A stretch of DNA of 64,000 nt from Vitrella brassicaformis CCMP3155 (Eukaryota > Protista > Chromerida): contig CDMY01000336.1 in the NCBI GenBank assembly GCA_001179505.1, positions 372,001 through 436,000 on the forward strand, in the 5' to 3' direction. Positions 60,598 through 64,000 of the stretch are shown here, one piece after another (position 1 is the first letter of the stretch; the number at the start of each line of letters is the position of its first letter). A program made the position numbers and the translations under genes. The notes beneath the pieces are model-generated. The model ran no database searches, had not been told where the DNA came from, and saw only the letters and a list, made by a program, of their open reading frames with translations.

Positions 60598-63155
60598 AAA
60601 AAAAGGGCCCGAATCTGCGAGCTTGAAGCCATCAGCTTCAGTTTTTCGGGGCTTAACTTGTCAAGTCGGTTCGCAGTGGTCTTTCGCGCTGTGAGTTCGT
60701 TGAGCCAAGCGCACTGCAGTCACATCGGGGCGAACCGAATCGGTGCACTGCGGGTGTATCACCCCCTTCTGAGCGGCATGCCCATCAAGCTGTGTGCTGG
60801 GCTGCATGCCACCGACCTGAAGCTGCACTCATGCACCGTCGAACACGCGGTAAGCAGAATGGAGGGCAGCCACATAGACAGACGGACGACAGACAGCAAA
60901 GAAGTCATCAAAAACGGCACGCTTACGCATTGAGTTCAGGCCGAGTACTTCACCGGGTACTTCAGGGAGGCCATGGGCGCGGGCAACCTGGGCATCCCCA
61001 TATCCGCCGACCAAATCGCTCTTTATCGCTGCACTGAGGTGCACCCCAAGGCCCACGGGCAGGACCACACTGCCCCGTCGAGTGCATCCACTGACCGCAT
61101 CGAGGAGGGGGAGGTCATCATGGCGACCCTTCCCAACAATAGCGGTAAGCGCACCACGCAGGCAGCCCGACGAGAGAGAGAGGGAATGAGGGAATGAGTG
61201 AGTGCTCTGTCTGTATGCTATGCTTCCTTCGCTGGCTGTCTGGCTGCAGTGTTTGGTTCTCAGCATGCGGATGACATGTTGGCCAAGGCCCGGCACTACG
61301 AGCAGGAGGCCATCCGGCTGGAGGAGAAGCTGCAGGAAATGCAAGAACAAGTAAGCCATTCGTTTGTCTACCCACCCACCCACCAGACCACCGATTGATT
61401 ATATTACCTACCGGGTCCCTGCGGACACACATCTATCTATCTATGGGTCTGTCTGTCTGTCTGTCTGTCTGCGTACAGTACAAGTTGCTCGAGGAGAAGC
61501 TGTTGGAGGAGGGCAGTGCGCTCTACCAGGCCCAGCTCGACCGCGACGAGGCCACCACACGACTCAAGGAATACATGAGGCTGCACCCTGCTGGTCAGCG
61601 ACGATAAACTACGGCTGGGAGAATAAGGGGGAGGGCGGCATCGCATCTGCGCTGCGCTCAGATCCCATCTATCTATCTATGTGTCTATCTCTTTGCGTGT
61701 GTCATATGACATGTCAGAGGAAAGGGAGCCAGTGAGTCCTTCTACAGCTGCGGACTCTCCTCTCCCGTCGGCCTCGCCATTCTCCCAGGAAGCGCCCTCA
61801 GACGGCAAGGCGCCCGGGGGTGGTGGTGGTGGTGGTGGTGGTGAGAAGGTGCCTGTCGCGGTAGCTACAGCGGCAGCAGTGCTGGACGAGGCTGGGGCAG
61901 GGCGGGCCGCGGCGGAATCGCCCGAGGAGGCGCATACCACCGAGACCACGGAGGGGACATCTGGTGCGGTGGAAGCACACAACACACACCCGAGTGACAC
62001 CTGCCTGAGAAATCATTTCTGTCGTTCGTCTGCCTGCGTTTCCTTCCTTTTGTTTCATTCAGCCTCGGATGCCCACCACCCGAAGCCTCCGCCGGCAAAG
62101 GCCAAGCCTGCAGCCAAACAAAGCGCCAAGTCCACGCCACCACAGCCCAAGACCAAGACGGCCAGCAAGACGGCCAGCGTGACGGCCGCCAAGCAGCCCC
62201 CAGGCACGGCCGGCAAGGCCAAGCCCGAAGGGAATAAGGCGACGGCTGCCGGCAAGGCCAAGCCAAAAGGGAATAAGGCGACGGCTGCGTGCAAGAGGAC
62301 TGGCGGGCCGCCGCATGTGACAGTGGCGCATGAGGGCGATAAGTGGCCAGGGGAGGGTGGGGCAGAGGGGCAGGGGAGCCGGCTGGTGCCCAAGGTCGTG
62401 CGTCAGGTGGTGTCGGGGGGAGCCGCTGTAGCCAAGGAGGTGCGCAAAGAGCAAGGCGACGCTGCGGCACCCTCTCAGGCTGGGGCCAAGGGGCGGCAGA
62501 AGTGGGTGCCGAAGGGGAGCTGTGCGGCGGCGAGTCCACCAGTCGGCAACCCAGGGGGCGGCGGTGCCAAGCCGGTGTACGGCGGGGTCACGATCCTCCA
62601 GAGAGACCCCAACGCGCCGCCCGCTCCCAACCGCAGGCTGACATGCCGAGACGCGCCTCCCCCTCCCCTCCTGTCCTATGAGGAGCGGCTGGAGGAGTAC
62701 GAGATTGTCAAGGTATGGGAGCTAGGGATGGCCCCCAGTCCGACTCGGCCACCCACCACCGCCGAGGTGGCAAATCGGCTCATCAACCACCACCTCCAAT
62801 ACAGACCGTAAGCAAGCCCACACACACACACACACACACACGCACATTGGGCTCTTCACACATCAGCCGATTGTTTGTCTGTCTGTCTGTTTGTCTATGT
62901 GTGTCACTCACTACTTACTTGTCCACAGAAATGGCAACCGCAGACGCCAGTAACCGACAGCCTTCTCCTGCACCTCACACAAGACGCATCCATATGTGGT
63001 GGGAAGATAGCATACCCACCAACACGCACGAACATACAGACAGACAGACCCACATTGACTGCATTGCCCCTTTGCATTGATTGTGTCTGTCTGTCTGTCT
63101 ATCTGTCTGGCAGACGAGCGCCCCAACATCTGGGGGCCTCCACTTCCCACCGACT
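60598..63155 (+). repeat. Right arm of the inverted segmental duplication (partner 12709-15851)
   Basis: Collinear reverse-complement match; homology ends at cccaccgact (63155). Confidence 0.93.
60778..62953 (+). CDS. Lineage-specific protein, paralog B (coiled coil plus SUZ-like C-terminus)
   Basis: Complete spliced ORF from MPIKLC to NGNRRRQ*; differs from paralog A by substitutions and in-frame indels (KTAS duplication, longer Gly run). Confidence 0.65.
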
Positions 63156-63292
63156 CTCAACACCACCACCACCATCACTGTCCCAGGTACAAACCCGAGG
63201 TAGCACACAGCACAGGCAGCAGGGGCTTTTGGGAAGGAAGGAAGGACGGGCAGGCAGCAGCTGAGGCAGCCAGACGTAGCTAAGGGAGCAAC

Positions 63293-64000
63293 ATGAGAGG
63301 CGTGATGGAAGGGTTGTCTGTCGGACATGGCGGGCTGCCTGCATGCATCTTGCAAGTCAAGTCCCCTCTCTCCCTCCCTGTCTGGTCTGCTGCCTGCGTG
63401 TATCCATCTATCTATTAGGTTCTGACAAGCTGCTGGAGGGGTTAGGCGCTCACGAGCTGCACGCGTGCTTCATGCACGTGTCGGTCCAAGGCTGCCTGGC
63501 CCTGCGCACCTCGTGCCGTGAGCTCTACCGCATATTGTCCAGCGACGCCTTGTTCTTCCGCCACCGAGTCAGCGCCCACCCTAAGCGGCGGTTCGCGCCG
63601 TTCGGGGCGTTTTCGCGGTCGCGTACGTGGGAGAGGGCGGCTTGGGTGCTCGAGCAGGAGTGGGACTGGTGCAGATGGGCGTTGTTCTTCCAATTCCTCA
63701 GGTAAGCGACGGACGCGATACATGGGCGGCAGAGCAAGAGGGGCGGGCAGCCACGAGTGTGTGTGTTGCATGGGATATACCAGGTTGTGGTACGACACGC
63801 GTGTGTCGATAAGTGACGATGACTTCGACATGGCTGGCCTGCAGTACAAGACACTGCTCACCCTGCCCGAGACCATAGCGCAATACAGATTCTTCGGTCG
63901 GTCATCCAACCTGACCTCACATACATGCACACACACACACGAGTGAGCAACCGTTCGTTCCATTGTTCTTTGTCTGTCTCTGCCTGTGTGTGTGGTCGTG
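63293..64000 (+). CDS. F-box-like lineage-specific protein, 5' part; continues beyond the window
   Basis: LLEGLGAHELHACFMHVSVQGCLALRTSCRELYRIL is F-box-like; exons have GT-AG boundaries. The start codon is tentative. Confidence 0.5.

Noticed and set aside
60885-60945. In-frame TGA in KEVIKNGTLTH*VQAEYF conserved in both paralogs, suggesting selenocysteine or readthrough
   Set aside because: A phase-0 intron from gtaagc to gagttcag removes it and joins VEHA to AEYF cleanly.
12709-63155. Inverted arms as terminal inverted repeats of a giant transposon
   Set aside because: The arms are a spliced cellular-type gene, the interior consists of housekeeping genes, and no transposase, integrase or target-site duplication was found.

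Overview
Eukaryotic, GC-rich, intron-dense genomic DNA. Introns and intergenic DNA are full of 2-5 nt simple repeats such as (acag)n, (gt)n and (ggat)n. The gene set is apicomplexan-like, so the source is most likely a chromerid alveolate such as Vitrella brassicaformis (inference, not confirmed). About 24 spliced protein-coding genes can be traced, many in tight head-to-head pairs: DBT-type E2 (3' part), Air1-like zinc-knuckle protein, nucleoside hydrolase, HXXEE membrane protein, F-box-like proteins, a helical-repeat mitochondrial protein, a mitochondrial carrier, a cytosolic carboxypeptidase, a PP1 paralog, an FBXO1-like protein, a FEN1-like nuclease, an EGF membrane protein, PNKP, actin, ABC1 kinase, prolyl 4-hydroxylase, a pseudo-SET/RING protein and a PAM2 protein. 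There are three 300-N gaps. The most striking element is an RNA polymerase I second-subunit (RPA2/POLR1B) pseudogene at about 10.7-12.7 kb on the minus strand. It is hidden from the ORF track because it carries more than 20 de novo 4-5 nt tandem duplications; removing them by hand restores the conserved motifs almost exactly. It abuts one arm of a roughly 3 kb inverted segmental duplication (12.7-15.85 kb versus 60.6-63.15 kb). No tRNA, rRNA or CRISPR array was found. Exon boundaries were inferred by eye and some gene ends are approximate.
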